Position numbers and translations under genes: made by a program. Below, one piece after another: positions 1-13,089 of a DNA stretch of 64,000 bases. The notes under the pieces were generated by a model that was not told the DNA's origin, did no database searches, and was given only the letters and a program-made list of their open reading frames with translations. The stretch is from Lama guanicoe (lineage: Eukaryota), in the NCBI GenBank assembly GCA_013239625.1, contig MU054391.1, positions 4,733,824 through 4,797,823 of the forward strand. Reading direction: 5' to 3'. Every line of letters begins with the position of its first letter. Positions within the stretch are counted from its first letter, which is position 1.

Positions 1-60
1 AAGGGAAAAGTCAACTGGGTAATTTAATAAAGAGCTCTAAGAATAATTCATTAGACTTAC

Positions 61-128
61 TGCTCCTTCACTAGATGAAGAAGAGAAACTGGTTTCAGTT
101 TCACCAAGGTAGTGCATGCAAGAATTCA
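61..128 (-). other. Candidate internal exon (68 nt; 5'UTR or possibly coding) of an unidentified minus-strand gene
   Basis: On the minus strand, acceptor GGTTTCTCTTTTCTGCTTTCTTACTGTAG| and donor GCA|GTAAGT. Only one frame is open (NSCMHYLGETETSFSSSSSEGA), and I do not recognise it. Confidence 0.5.
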
Positions 129-549
129 CTACAGTAAGAAAGCAGAAAAGAGAAACCATTTCCTTGGAAGGCGCTTTCTAGAAGCACGCAGTTGTCCCGT
201 GCACGGGAGACAGCCCGGAGGCCGGCAGAGCAGGTGTCCCCATGTGGTCTCACCTGGATGTCGTTGGGGAATTTCTCTAAGACAAGCATTTCAGGGCCCA
301 TGGAAAGGTCCCTCGGTTATGTGTCCATAACAGAAACAAAAATCTTCTAATAAAAATATTCTTGTTCCAAGTTCGCAAATGTTTTCTTTTAAAATTATTC
401 TTAAAGAAATTCCAATTACCATGGTGTCCTGACCTGTTTCAGTGTTTTTCAGACACCACTTAGAGAAAGTGACCACTCTCCACTGCTCCTGGGAATCCAG
501 AGCACAAACCACATCAGTGTAGACACACCCCGGGGAATGAGGGAGACAT

Positions 550-565
550 CACACACACACACACA
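550..565. repeat. (CA)n microsatellite
   Basis: Direct reading of the sequence. Confidence 0.8.
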
Positions 566-817
566 AACCAATTTAAAAATAAAGCTGTGTCTTCATTCTA
601 GAACAAATAAAGGAAGGGCTTGTCAATGGCGTCCAGTTGGTAAGAGCTTTGTGGTGGACACTGAGTCCCAGCCCGGTGCCCCGCCTCCCCGGGCTCCGAG
701 GACCCGCGTCTCAGGTAACAGAGCAACGTGGAAAGGTTAGCCAGCCTTCCCATTCATCACAGATTTCCACGCTTATTCAATACGCCGGACAAAGCCATCA
801 AGGCAGCAACCAGTTAC

Positions 818-1138
818 CAGTGACGTCTGTTTGAATGTTCCGCAGGAGACTGCAGAGCAGGGCGCTTCCCAGCACACCCAGCCTGGATGAAGTTATATCC
901 AAAATCGTCGCCCCGCTCTCCAGGTCTCCCGGTACCCAGCGAAAGTACTTCCTGAGCCTCGAGAATCAAACACTTCTACAGATTCTGCCGCTTCTCCAAC
1001 TTAACCACAGTGATCTTCCCAACCCGACTTGAATCGTCAAAAGAAAGCTGAATCTGATTTGTGCCTCTCTGCTCAGTAGAGATCGCAGTAGCAACGCCAG
1101 TTCGGGAGATCAGAAAAAAAGGGGACATCGAGGCAACA
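818..1138 (-). other. Possible non-coding exon; acceptor strong, donor uncertain
   Basis: Minus-strand acceptor ACTTTTCTGTCTTGATTTTCAG| at 1138; best nearby donor is CTG|GTAACT at 818. Unique, locally CpG-retaining sequence. Confidence 0.25.
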
Positions 1139-3254
1139 CTGAAAATCAAGACAGAAAAGTCCTTTTATAATAAAAAGTTGCTCTCGCTCTGCTTCTCAAT
1201 CCAACTACCTACCTGCCTGGGGTGGCGCACAGACATCGCCCGTGTCTTGCTTCTGTCCTTACAAGGATGCCCAAGATCCCTCCAATAAGCCGTGCTAATC
1301 AGTCAGTGGGAATATTTGGGGAGCCTTTTATATATGTCTTTCATGTGTGTGAACTGAATTGCCAATGCATCTCAGAACAGACTCCAGGCATCCAGCAGAT
1401 CTTTCCCGGCTGGAGGTCATCATAGCAGAAAGTCACCTAAAAAGCTTCCTCAGCATGTAAACTAATTTCAAAAGGAGCAGCGCAGTTTTACGCTTGGAAG
1501 AAAATAAGATTAACCAGAAGGAACTGAGAGAGAAAAAACCAAGATCAAGGCAGAGCGGGGGGAAAAGCTTGAAAAATAAAACCATGAGAAAGCTGAGTCA
1601 TTTCTGACAGAATTTCAAGGCCCCGTGGAAGTCCCCACCCAGCATGAGCGTAAGAAGGGGTCACATCATTCTCTTCTTCTAGGGGTCAACCAGTGGCATC
1701 CAGCGTCATTGCGGAGACAGGCGTCACCAGGCTGAGTTGATAACACTGTGACGCAGAGTAGAAGACATGGCCTTCCTTTGATTTCGGTGGCGTGCTGCAG
1801 CTCACCTGCCTTAAACTGACCAGAAATCACATCAGATCCAGGGAGAGACACGTCGGGCGGCTTTTGACACGGGCTGCAAAGACCAGCAGTGAGACTTCAT
1901 TAAAAATGTCACAAAGATACACGAGGTTCCTATTCAAGATCATCTTTCTGTTCTGAAAACCCAAACATCGATGTCAGGCTCAGAAAGTAAAACTGACAAC
2001 GAATAGGATGTGAAACTGGCCAGACAGACGGCTCTCACTTCGCCATGATGCTAAATGAAAGTGCTGAAAATTCCAGCGGTGAAACGAACGTTTAAGGTTC
2101 CTCGGACGAGATCTCTGAGGTCTCCCTCATCCTCATGCTCAAATGTTGTTCACAACAGAAAGCACAGTCTAAATATGTGATTCAGTGATTTTTTTTTAAA
2201 TGCATTTGGGGTTCTTTTGAGAGTTCTGAAATTTCCATGGCAGCTGCATACTTCAGTCCTGGTGGCATTTGGGGAAACACTTGTCAAATCCATCTTTGGA
2301 GCCAAAACCGCCTATGTGAAAACAATTTTTCCCCCTATTGTTGAGTGAAAATTCCATGAGCAAAAAATTCTTGCACTGTGTCCAGTGGAACTACGCATTT
2401 CCACTGAAAGTATTACCCCAGTGAGCTTACTCGTAATGTTGACATTGGAGATAAAGGAACAGGATCGCGCAAGATTGCTCCTTTGCTGTTTCTCTTCTGC
2501 TTCTCTCCCACCTCGTCCTCCAGTCCTCAGCGAGGGAGTGGGAGGAACGTGGCAGAAAATCAACATGACAAATGCAACTGCTTGCCTCTCAGGCACCGGG
2601 AGCCCTGAGCCACCCTCCTACCCCTACCACGCACCTGTTTGCCACCCCCCCCATGGTGTGTCCCTCTTTGAGGAAGAGCTCCGAGGTTCTGGCTTGGAGC
2701 TGTGGCCAAGGCTCTTGGCACCGCACGTTTACAGACTGGCGGAAGTAAATCTTTGCTCCTTTATCAGCCAATTTAGGTCTCAGCTGCAGTTTCCGGCTTT
2801 GATCAAAGCTGGAGCCCATATCATCATCCCATCATGTGTGAGCCTGGGTCTGGGAAGACCAAGATGAAGCACAGAGGGGACACGGAGCAAGGCTGGGCCA
2901 CCTGCTCCCCACATTAGGATAGGAGGAAAGGGTGCAGCTGATTGGCCCGGGGAGCAGGGCTTGGGCCGGGGAGATGGGCAAGAGAAGATTGAAGCTGTCT
3001 CTGACTTGGCACTTTGCAGAGAAAAAGAACCCAGCCCTCAAGGACTTAGAGTCTAGAGGGGCCCCCGACACACAGAGACGCAGCTAATTCTGATATATGT
3101 CAGGCCGATGAAGGCATGAATGAGGAAACAAAAAACACTAGAGACAGAGAGAGAGAAGGAAAACAGCAGCAGGAGAGTCTGCAGGGAAAGCCTGGTCGCA
3201 GAATCAGCTAGAAAAGGGAAAGTTAAGGAAGAAAGTCACTAGGACCTTGCTCCT

Positions 3255-3400
3255 TTCATTCAAATCTGTTAATTGAGCACCTACTAATACAATCATTTAC
3301 TAAGCACCTACTACATGCAAGGCATACGAATAAATACAGTATAGTTTCTGAACTTGCAGACGTTAAGACAGGGACGCAAATAATGGCGGAAAAGAATTTG
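3255..3400 (-). mobile_element. L2 LINE 3' end remnant
   Basis: ttcattcaaa...ttgagcacctact...aagcacctactacatgcaaggca resembles the antisense L2 tail. Confidence 0.45.
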
Positions 3401-3914
3401 TGATAAGTTATTTGCTCGCACAAAGCACCGGGGGAGTGTGGAGGCCAGAGGAGCCCCTTTTGACTGGGAGAGCTGGAGGACTTCCTGGAGGAGCTGCCAT
3501 CTGCAATGAGCCTCCCAGGGTGAGTGGGATTTCACTTGCCAGGCTGGCAAATTTGGGCTGGGCTCTTGGGAGCCTCAGAAGCTCCCAAAGCCAGGTAAAG
3601 AGCTTTCCTCCCTTTCCTGGAGGTCTGAAGGAGCGAGTCTCACAGCCTGCCGGCAGCACACACCCTGTGTTTTCTTAACAGAAGGGGTATTTTGAGCAAT
3701 GGCCTTTGTGTCTGCAAGGAGGTTGTCAACACTGAGCAGTTAGTGGGGGCGGCCCTCAGATCAGGAACCCGGGAAACAGCCGGGCTGTGAGAGAGTGGCC
3801 CTGCCCCTCCGGTTTGCACAACACGCTGCTCTGGTCCCCGCACTTCCTTCTCAGCCTCCTGGACAACACCCCTTCCCTCCTACTCTCCTCCGAACGCCCC
3901 AAACTCCAGCCCTG

Positions 3915-4110
3915 CCCCCAGCCTCCCACTGCGCTGTGCAGCCTTGGGCAAGCTACTTAACTGCCCTCTGCCTCAAGTTCCTCCTCCGTAAACAGCGATG
4001 GTTAAAAATAGCATGTTACAGGATTCTACTGAAGATGGCGTGGGCTGGGGCTTCCCCGGGCTCTGGGCACAGAGGGAGTGCCCACAAAGCTTGGTTGTTA
4101 TTAGTTATTG
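3915..4110 (+). mobile_element. MIR SINE
   Basis: Core ccttgggcaagctacttaactgccctctgcctcaagttcctcctccgtaaa. Confidence 0.7.
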
Positions 4111-4984
4111 TTTTCTTACAAAGTGAGCTCATCCACACCGATGGCCTCATCATAGTCTGTAAGCTGGTAACCCCCTAGTCTGTATCCCAGGCTTGTCTCG
4201 TCCTAGAGGTCCGCCCTGTAAATGCAAAGCTCTGGTGGACATCACCCTGTATCTCTCGTTGTTCTGACGGGCACCGCAAACTCTTCAGACCCATCTAAAA
4301 CTGAATTCATCGTCCTTCTCTGACCTCCTCTCCCTCCCCATCAGAACTTCCCTTTGGCCACTCGGAACTCTTTCTGGTTCCCGAGACTTGTCATCCAGGG
4401 AAGGGGACTTCTGTCTCTCCTCATCGGATCCAGCTGGTTCCCTGCTGAACCGTCAGCTTCCGGACTCCCCCCAGGTCTATCTCCCTAAGAGTCCTTTTAC
4501 TGGTGGTCATTCCACGAATCTCAGAATTCCCTGAAGTCCAGAATCATTCATGCTTAACAGCAAGTCTCTGCAATAAAGTCAGCACACTGCCTGGTCTAAA
4601 GTCAGGCATTCCATTAACGATGTATTAACCCAGGAGAGAACGGATCCAATGCCAACGGTGTTACGTAACAACACCAGCAAAGGGAGAAATCAGTGTGGCA
4701 TCTCTTTTTTTTTCCTTTTGGCTGTTTCCATAGGACCTTGCCCCGAGTGCCACATTCTGCCTTCAGAGATGAGAATGGCCCTTCGTTCCCTCCCCTCTAT
4801 TTCTGCCAGACTCAGTTCCTGCTGCTGCCTTGACAGACTTTTGAAAGGTTCACCTTTCCCTCCAATTTCTCATGGTGATTAAGACCCATAATTGCCACTG
4901 AACAGTCCAGTTGAGTGCCAAGAAAGCCAACCAACCTTCACCGACGGACTCTCAACACTGGCAGTGGAAGCAGCCAAGAGAAGT

Positions 4985-5380
4985 TCATTAACCGCCGAGC
5001 AATAAAAAGCGCAGGGGAAAAATAGAGACAGAACAGCTCCCCCGGGCACTGCAAGAGGGGACCTTGGTGATGCAACATTCCTCAAGGAATCTGGGGAAAT
5101 TACATTGTAAAACTGCAACTGATGGCAGGGTAGAGTAACAAGCTCCGCCGAGCATCAGGGCGACGCAGTAACGTTCCTGGGGAGGGAAGCGCCCCAGGCA
5201 GCCCCGGGCAGGCAGGCTGTCCAAGCGCCCCCAACGCCCGGCCGTTTCAAGCGCCCTCTGAGTATCGCCATGAAGACCACCGTTATCCCCATGGCACAGG
5301 CACCCGGGGGGTGAGAAATTGGGAAAGCGCACTTCCCTACTCTGCATGTGCGGTTGAAAACTGAGCGCCGGGTACATTTT
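4985..5380. promoter_or_regulatory. CpG-enriched unique segment (possible enhancer or alternative promoter)
   Basis: Local cluster of CpG dinucleotides in repeat-free sequence. Confidence 0.3.
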
Positions 5381-7964
5381 GACATTTTTTGTTTGTTTGT
5401 TTGTTTTCTAAAGGGGCCAGGGGTCCACAGAAAAACTGGTCAGTCTACCATGAATGACTCTGACATTAAAAGGGTTGTTTTCCCGCACAGGACCGGCTGG
5501 AAAGCTGCATCTTTGAAAATGCAGAGCAAAAGCATTACGCAGAAACCAGGAAACTTGAAGTGTTGCAGAATATGCCAGAGCTGCAGCAGAGTGTACACTC
5601 TTAGTGTGGTACTTATATGGTATATATTGTCCACAGCAGGACATTCTTGAGAGCAGGCAGGTAAGGTGTTAACCAGTCCTGCAAATGAGCAGGCATGGTC
5701 CCCTGGCTCTGAATGGTGTCTCTGTGAGTTAGACCTTCAGGTGAAGAGGACAAAGTGTACCTAGATTACAAAGGCCAAAAAATACATTTTTAAAAAAGAA
5801 GGTCCCTCTGGACTTAGTTCTTTGACTGTTCCCTGATGTAGCTGCAACCCAAATTACACAGGCATTTCTTATCAGTAAAAGCAGACAATAAAATATGGGA
5901 AGAACTATAAGAGAAATGGGCCAGGGCTCTTGTGAAATTCTTTCGCCACCCTCGCGTGCTTCTGCAAACAGGAAGACATTTAGCAAGAGGTGCGCAATCT
6001 AGAGATGCGACTAGATGACCCCAAGGTGACTATCAGCGGGTGCGCATCAGCGTTTCTCCCCTTTAAAACTCAGCCGTAAAAGTGAAGCCTTGCCTCACAT
6101 GTCCAAGTGTTTCTGTGTCACAGAAATAATCTCTATCCCAATCAAGTGATGTTGAAAGAGGTGACAATGGGATACGGAGCATGTGCGCGGGCAACTTCAA
6201 AGCCTCCTTAGGAAAAAATATTGGCACAAAACGGCTGATTCCATCGTACTGCCCTTGTCTGTTACTTCAAGATCAGGTCATCTGAGACAAGTTTTATTCC
6301 AGCCCAGACCCCCCCAAAATAAAATCACCCTAAAAATCTGAAGTCAATGTGACCATGATTTTCTTAAAAAGGAGAGGAGGTTGTTTTGCAACATTTTCTT
6401 CTATTCACTAGTACCTTTTTTACTCCTGGATCTTTAATCCCTTCACCCCACCCTCACCCCCCCTAAAAAATGGATCTAAGACCTCTTGACCCACAGTCAG
6501 AGCAAATCTAAAGAAGAGAATTGTTGCCAGCAACTACATCTCTGCCTGGATGATGCTCAGCTCGTGATGATGCTTCTAGTGGTGACGCTTAATCCAGTTA
6601 GTGAGGGAAGCATCGTTGAGATGCTTACGGCAGGGAAGAGAGCCATTTCTCTTCTCCCCAGTACGGCCAGTGCCATGCTGTGAGCCAGGACCGCTGGCTT
6701 CTGGGCAGCCCGCACAGCGCACCCCACAATAGCGGGCAGTTAGCCTTCTGGGCTCAGCACATCTGCTGAAGGGTCTGGAGAAAGTCCTGCATTCCCCCTG
6801 AGGCCAGGCTCTGACTCTGCTGCTCCTTAGCTGGAGGCACCGAACAAGAAGCAGGCAGCTGGGAGCTCAGGTGCTCCAAGCTTCCCAGGTTTACACATGT
6901 GCTCTATGCTGCACCCTGTGAAGGAAATAAAACGTCCCTGAGATCTGTTTTCCGTGGACTGTCCCCATCAATCCTCCAAAATGTTGCCTCCACCACTTCC
7001 CCTCCCCCAAGCATGTTTCACATTTTTGACAAAGCAAAACCTATCACTGTGAACTAAGGTAAAATTTCATTAACTCAGAATTCACCGATTTGAAATCATT
7101 CATGCTGGGCTGAGGTTTAACTTTGCCCAGCAACCCCATTCTTCTCTCACACGGCAATTTAAATTTATAAATAGTATTTGGGGGGAAGTGTCAAACGCAT
7201 CAGAGAAGACATTGTTTCAACACATCCGAAGCACTCATTTACAAATAATTGTTACAGGAAGTAAGTAATGGTTAAATATTCAGTATCTCAGCTCCCTAGA
7301 GACTCGAAAGGCAACATTTCCATCTCAGTTGTGTTACAGTAACCCTTTCAAACAGTCTAAAGTTCTGACTGCTTGCTCCCTGAATTATTGCAGATGAATG
7401 CCATCTTGTCCAGCAACCTTTAACAACTGAATTTTACAGCGTTTGATAACTAGTCCCCATCAGAGTGTGGTATTGATGGAGCTGCTTTTCATATTTAAAA
7501 GCAAAGAGCCACACATTTCCAATTGCTCCACCACTGAGCGCTCTCTGTGCCCAGTCTCACTCCCTGCACCCTATGGAGGAGTGAAAGTAATTGAGGAGGC
7601 AAGACTAGAATTTATGAGAATAATTGGATCCCAATTCTATGGTATGGAGCCCAAGCGAAATAGAAAATCTCAGAAAGGCAAGAGACTGAGCAGAATTTGC
7701 CCGAGTCAGGGACACTGCATGTGCCAGGGGGAGCCCCTCTGCTCCGCCTCCAGTCACCTGTCCGGTCTGCACACCTCAGCTCAACAGCGTCTGCAGGGCG
7801 CCCTCTGGTTCTAACGGCAGCCTCGGTGTGCCTGCCATTTGCACTGCCCTGTGCACATCATAGTGTGTCTAGTTATCATTCCCCACAAACCAGCAGAGGA
7901 CCAAGCCTGTGCCTCCGGGAGGCGTCAACATCTTGCCAGGAACCAGGCACAAATTAAATTCTCC

Positions 7965-8064
7965 AATGAAAACGAATGTACGTACGTATATGCGTGACTG
8001 GGACATTGTGCTGTGCACCAGAGATTGACACACTGTAGCTGACTGTACTTCAATTAAAAAAAAA
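7965..8064 (+). mobile_element. L1 extreme 3' end (lineage-specific type) with A tail
   Basis: gactgggacattgtgctgtgcaccagagattgacacactgtagctgactgtacttcaattaaaaaaaaa; nearly identical to the copies at 18.3 and 28.8 kb. Confidence 0.85.
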
Positions 8065-9429
8065 GAATTTTGCAAGACAAAAATTTATTTATTTATTTAT
8101 TTATTATTTATTTTAATTAATTCTCAACAGTGCTTTGCTGAATGAATTAATAAATGCACTTTCTCCTGTACATTCCTCTTTGTGGAAACTTCCCAGCTTT
8201 CAGAAATTAAGTAGTAAGTGGGGGCTGCCCCATTTTTGCCCAGCAGCCCTCCTGCATCAGTTTCTGTGGCCCGGCTGGAGTGTACACATCGTTTTTAAAG
8301 GTCAGCTTTACCAGGCAGTTGCAAAGGTGCTACTATTCCCCCAGAGCGGAAAGTCCCTCAGCTGAGTGGACAAGTGAGCTTCCGGTTTCCGTGACCCACA
8401 TCTGCAATTGCTCAGGCATCTGTACATCACACTGGGCTGTGCCCCACATTCAGCTGGCCTCTTTTAACTGTCATCTTGTCTTCAAGCATCTGTAATCACT
8501 TCCATGGCAACAACTTTTCTTATGTGGTACGACCTGTGCGTAACAATGACTCTGTCTTCTGGATGGAGGAAATCTGATATCATCAATATACCAAGCGACA
8601 GAGCAAAGTCCTAACATTCTCAAGGGGGGCTCACATCAAGACCCTCAAAATCACAGCATGAATTATTTAGCCCATGAATGCAAGCAATGCGTGACTACAG
8701 AGGGAAAGGATTTCTAGCTGCCTTCTTTTCATATATATTTTAGTGTTTTCACTTATCTGAAACAAGCCATCAGCTGGACTTAATTCCCTTCTGATCTTAG
8801 TTTTTTATTGTTACCCTCTCTGACACATCTGTTGCCAGAGAACCTGTATCCTGACTCCAAAAATGTTATTCTAATTGAAAACTAATCAATCTGTAACCTT
8901 TCATTACGTCACATGCTTGTTTCCAAAGTCTGAACCGCTCCTTAACCCGGGCCAGGTTTTAACCTTCAGTACTCTGATCAAAGTTGGTTCTAACCTGTGC
9001 TTCAGCTTTTTCCTAACATCCTCTAGAATCCCTTGCCCTGCCAAGACATGGTCACATTCAGTAACTAGACTGGGCGCTCGGGCAGCCTGTGCCTGGTTCT
9101 GCCTCCAAGTGCCGGGACCTCCTCCCAGGGCTGCCCCAGGGAGGAGGGGCCTGTCTGCCCTCACCCGCTTCCCAGGCAACCCCCCCTCCTGGCCCTGCAC
9201 AGGCAGCACACCCAGAAAGTCAGCTTCCTCATTCCCTAGCAAGACAGAGGCTCCAAATGGCCCCCAAATTCCCCCGGTGACCGACACCTCTCCAACTCCG
9301 TCAAATGGCTGAGTGCGTCCTCCTAGACTGACCGCACGGATGAGCAAGCCCACAGCGGAAATGCAGAGGATGCAGTGCCCACCTGGCACCTGGGAGAACC
9401 ACTGACTTCATGGTCCTCCAGTCTGCCTT

Positions 9430-9620
9430 GGATTCTGGCTTTCCTGCTCACGGGCTGTGTGTACCTCAACACCTGTTGTCATCTTTCTGTGCCTCGGTTA
9501 CTCAGACGTGAAAAAGCAGCAATAATATTACCTGCCGCACAGGGGAGTCATGAAGACTCACTGCGATGCTGTGGTGAAGGCAGCAGAGCCTGGTGCACAG
9601 TAGACACTCAGTTAAATGTA
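9430..9620 (+). mobile_element. MIR SINE
   Basis: ctttctgtgcctcggtt...aataatattacct...cctggtgcacagtagacactcag. Confidence 0.6.
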
Positions 9621-12600
9621 CACTGTATCTGTCTTCCCCTCTGTTTACCTGTCTATACATCTGTGTCTACCTGTATCTTTTTCTTTAACCAATTATCAGC
9701 TTTCTGAGAGCAGATACCATTCCTGGTTCATCTTTTCACCCATCAGAGAAGGTAGTCCCTAAGTGCTAATTGATTTAATGTTGTTAAATTCACACTCTGA
9801 CTCAACTTTCTATCATGTTAAAAATATTTTAATTACTCCAAGACTTTGCTAAATAAAAATATGAGCTTCTCTTTTCTCTTTCCATAGCAGGTTTCCAGGA
9901 TTTTATAAACCTCCGTACATAATCCTACTTCTTCTGAAAACATCTGCAACCCAGCGTGGCAAGAAGCGTGGGAACTAGCCTGGCTGAGGGTTGCCACATC
10001 ATGTCTTGCCACATGCGTGCCGGCTCTCGGTCTGCACACAACACACACACGCGTGCGCACACATGCGGACACGTGGAGGGGGGCAGCCAAGGTGACCGAT
10101 ATTATACGCACGTCTTATTTTGTGAAGGCTTCACCCGGTAGCGCCCACAGGCTACACTGTACCTGGACAGACCGATGACCTGTTTATTTGGCCAACAGAG
10201 AAGCAGAGGGTGGTTATTTACATGCTTCAAAAAAAATTTTTCTTGCCCTAAACACAGAGACAGTTGAAGTCAAGGTCAATTTCTTGGTTGGCAGTAGCTG
10301 GGTAATTGAGGCATCTGCCTCACACCATCTATGAAAGATACACTTTAAAGGACTCTTCAGCATGGGAGTCACTTCCAACAAAATGCCTCTGAGAGTTGGC
10401 AGTGTGCCAGGTGCTACGAAAGCTGCAGGTGGCAAGAAGGTGCCCCCATCTTATCGGCGGGAGGAGCCACGTGAAAAGGACAGAAGAGGGAATCCAGGGT
10501 TTTGCTGCTGCGACGGAAGCTTGTTCGGAGGCGGGCCACGGGCAGGGAAAGATCCATCTGAGTTTACAAATGAACTCGACAAATGGGGCTCATTTTAAAA
10601 CGTAGATCAAGTAAAAATTGCAGTTTATTCAAAACCACACTTGGAATGGTGTCCAAATGTTCCCAACCAAGACAGTTCATGGAAAACCCTGAGAAAATGA
10701 GCTCCAACCGTCCCTCTTCTGTTGCTATAATCACTGGGCAGGGGCAGGGGCCCCAGAGGCTCAGGTCTGACCCAGGGAGTGAAATGCCTTGTCTCTCACC
10801 AGTCTGACACAAGAGAGTTGACTCTACTGGGGGCAGAAAGACTTCAACAGCACAATATTTCGCAACCAGAAGCCGGTGCCTCCAGCACTGCTGAAGGGGG
10901 AGCAGGGGCTGTCTTCCCTTGGACCCCAACCTTGCCTCATTCCAGTCCACCAGGGTGGACTTTTCCCCTGTCAGCAAATACTCCTGGGCGGTCACCATGT
11001 GCAAAGCATCAGGCTTCATCTGGAGACAAGCAGAGCGAAAAGCCCCCACCCCCGATGGTGCAGTCCCTTGAGCCTCGTTGGGAACTTTAAGTAGCAAATT
11101 TCTCAAAGGCAGGCAAACTGCAAGGATAATGACAACATTGAAAAATCCATAGACTGGCTTCCTCCTCTTGACCTGCCCCTTCTCCTAGACCAGTATGGTG
11201 TCAGTTGGATTTAAGGGATTTTTATGGGTGTTTTGGAGCACTCTGGAGGTCACGGCATCGTGGTTCTTCGTGCCTGAGCTGTACCAGTGCTGCTGCGTCC
11301 ACTCAGGCAGCATCTCCTTCCCAGCATCCTTCCAACCAGTCTCTCCCCTCGAGAGTGCAGCCAGGTCAGCTTCCTGGGGCTCTGTGCTTCCAAGGCCCCT
11401 GGAACCCTTGCTCAAGCCACGTGACCTCTGGTTGGAATCCCTTCCCAAGCTTGTTTTCATGGTATCTGTTTCAAGAACCCTCAGCCCCCCAGCACCCACA
11501 TCATATCCTGTTCATTGCCAGTTTCAGTCTCTGAGCCAGTGGCCTGCTACCCCATGGTTGTTTTGCCTCCTGTCAGTCAGTGTATGGCTCTCTGCAAAAT
11601 TAGCATCCCCACAGTTGCCACAACCTACAGAAGACTGGTTTTGTCTGGAGCTTTTTAAAAAGCAGATTCATCAGGAGCTATTCTAGATAAACATATGTCA
11701 CCCTTATATATAACCAGAACTTTGGAGAGGGCTATTGCATTTTACCATCTGATAAAAAGTGCCATTCTTCTACCCCTCACCAGTGCTCAACAGCCCCACA
11801 GCCCCACAGCCCCTTAGCCGAGTCTATCCCGGTACCTGGAAATTCTACGCATGCCTTGGAGGTAAAACTTACAGTGATCTCTGGGGAAGTGAGTCCTGGT
11901 CAGCTGTCCGTTCCCCTATGGCCACTTCAGTGATCAGCTCAGTTGCCAACAGGTGGCTATGGGCAGGGCCCAGCTGGAAGGAGGGACGAGGGAGGCCAGA
12001 GGGACCCCAGGGCTAGGTGGTGCCGCAGAATCAAAGAGGGAGGGGCACGGAATGGGCAGCCTGGGGGCCCCAACCTCACCATCTGCATCACCACACCTCA
12101 GCAGGGCTGGAAAGTAGACAGGACGTGACATCCCTCCCTGCGACATGCTCAGGCCCGTCCTTAAAAAATCACAGCTCGTGACTCCTTCCATCTCTGCAAC
12201 TCTTTCTCCCTCCAATTTCACAAAGGTTACCATTTGCCATCCCATCAACCAATTTTAAGCGGACAAGGGTAGGTTTTTAAGAATTTCTTAGAACAAGGCC
12301 GTATTTTGGCATTTGATGGTGGCGTCCATGAAACCTACCAGGTATTTACTCTGCGGAAACCATGTGTTTTCCTAATTGAGAGTTCACGATGCATTTCCAG
12401 AACGGAGGGCCCAGCTGGAGCCCAAGCAAAGTCTGCGGTTGTGACTGAGAAGTCGGGTCAGGTCTGGCGGAACTGTGGGGAGGACCCTCCAGGGCTCTAT
12501 CTGCATGAAAAACCAAAGGGCCTCCAGGTGACTCATCTCAGGTCTGCAGAAGACCGGGAAGCTGCGGCATCAGATCACGGGGTGACCATCGCAGTGCCAG

Positions 12601-13089
12601 ACAGGCCCGGTCTCAGGTTTCTCCTCCAGGGGCTCTTGGGGCACCCTGCATCCCAGGAGGGGGTGGTGTACCAGAGGGGAAAGCTTTTGGCTGAAAGTGA
12701 CAGAAAACCTACCCACAGCGGCTTAAGCAAATCAGGGGCTCATTTTTCTGGCTCAGCAGCCCTGTTCTGAGACAGCTGCGGCCTCTCCCTCCTGGTCTCC
12801 GCTTGGTGAGAACTGCCCCACCTATCACATCTGCGTTTGTTCCATCAGAAAGAAAAGGGAAGTCAACCCACAGCAGAAGTGTTCAGGAACTCTAAACAAA
12901 CCCTGCTTCCTTTCGTCCCTTCGGGCGGCACTAGAGCAGGTGGCCACTCCCCGCTGCAAGGAAGCAAACCTAAAGGGGATTGGACATGGGGTTGGGGCCA
13001 CTAGATTGTGGTATCTGCCACCAAGGGAAGTCCCACAAGACAGGACTGAGCTGTAAAGTCCCCACAGTCCGAAACCTGGAAAGCAGCCT

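Noticed and set aside
7795..7812. CTCF-like GCGCCCTCTGGT, and an RE1-like TCAGCACCGTGG at 14047
   Set aside because: Each lacks key conserved positions; matches of this quality are expected by chance in 64 kb.
4700..9890. Strong plus-strand acceptor-like sites at 4733 and 9887/9890 and a donor at 5661
   Set aside because: Isolated signals that do not form a coherent exon chain; such pseudo-sites are common.
10568..10688. Possible minus-strand exon after TCATTTTCTCAG
   Set aside because: The acceptor is plausible but the nearest donor (TTT|GTAAAC) is weak; not supportable without transcript data.
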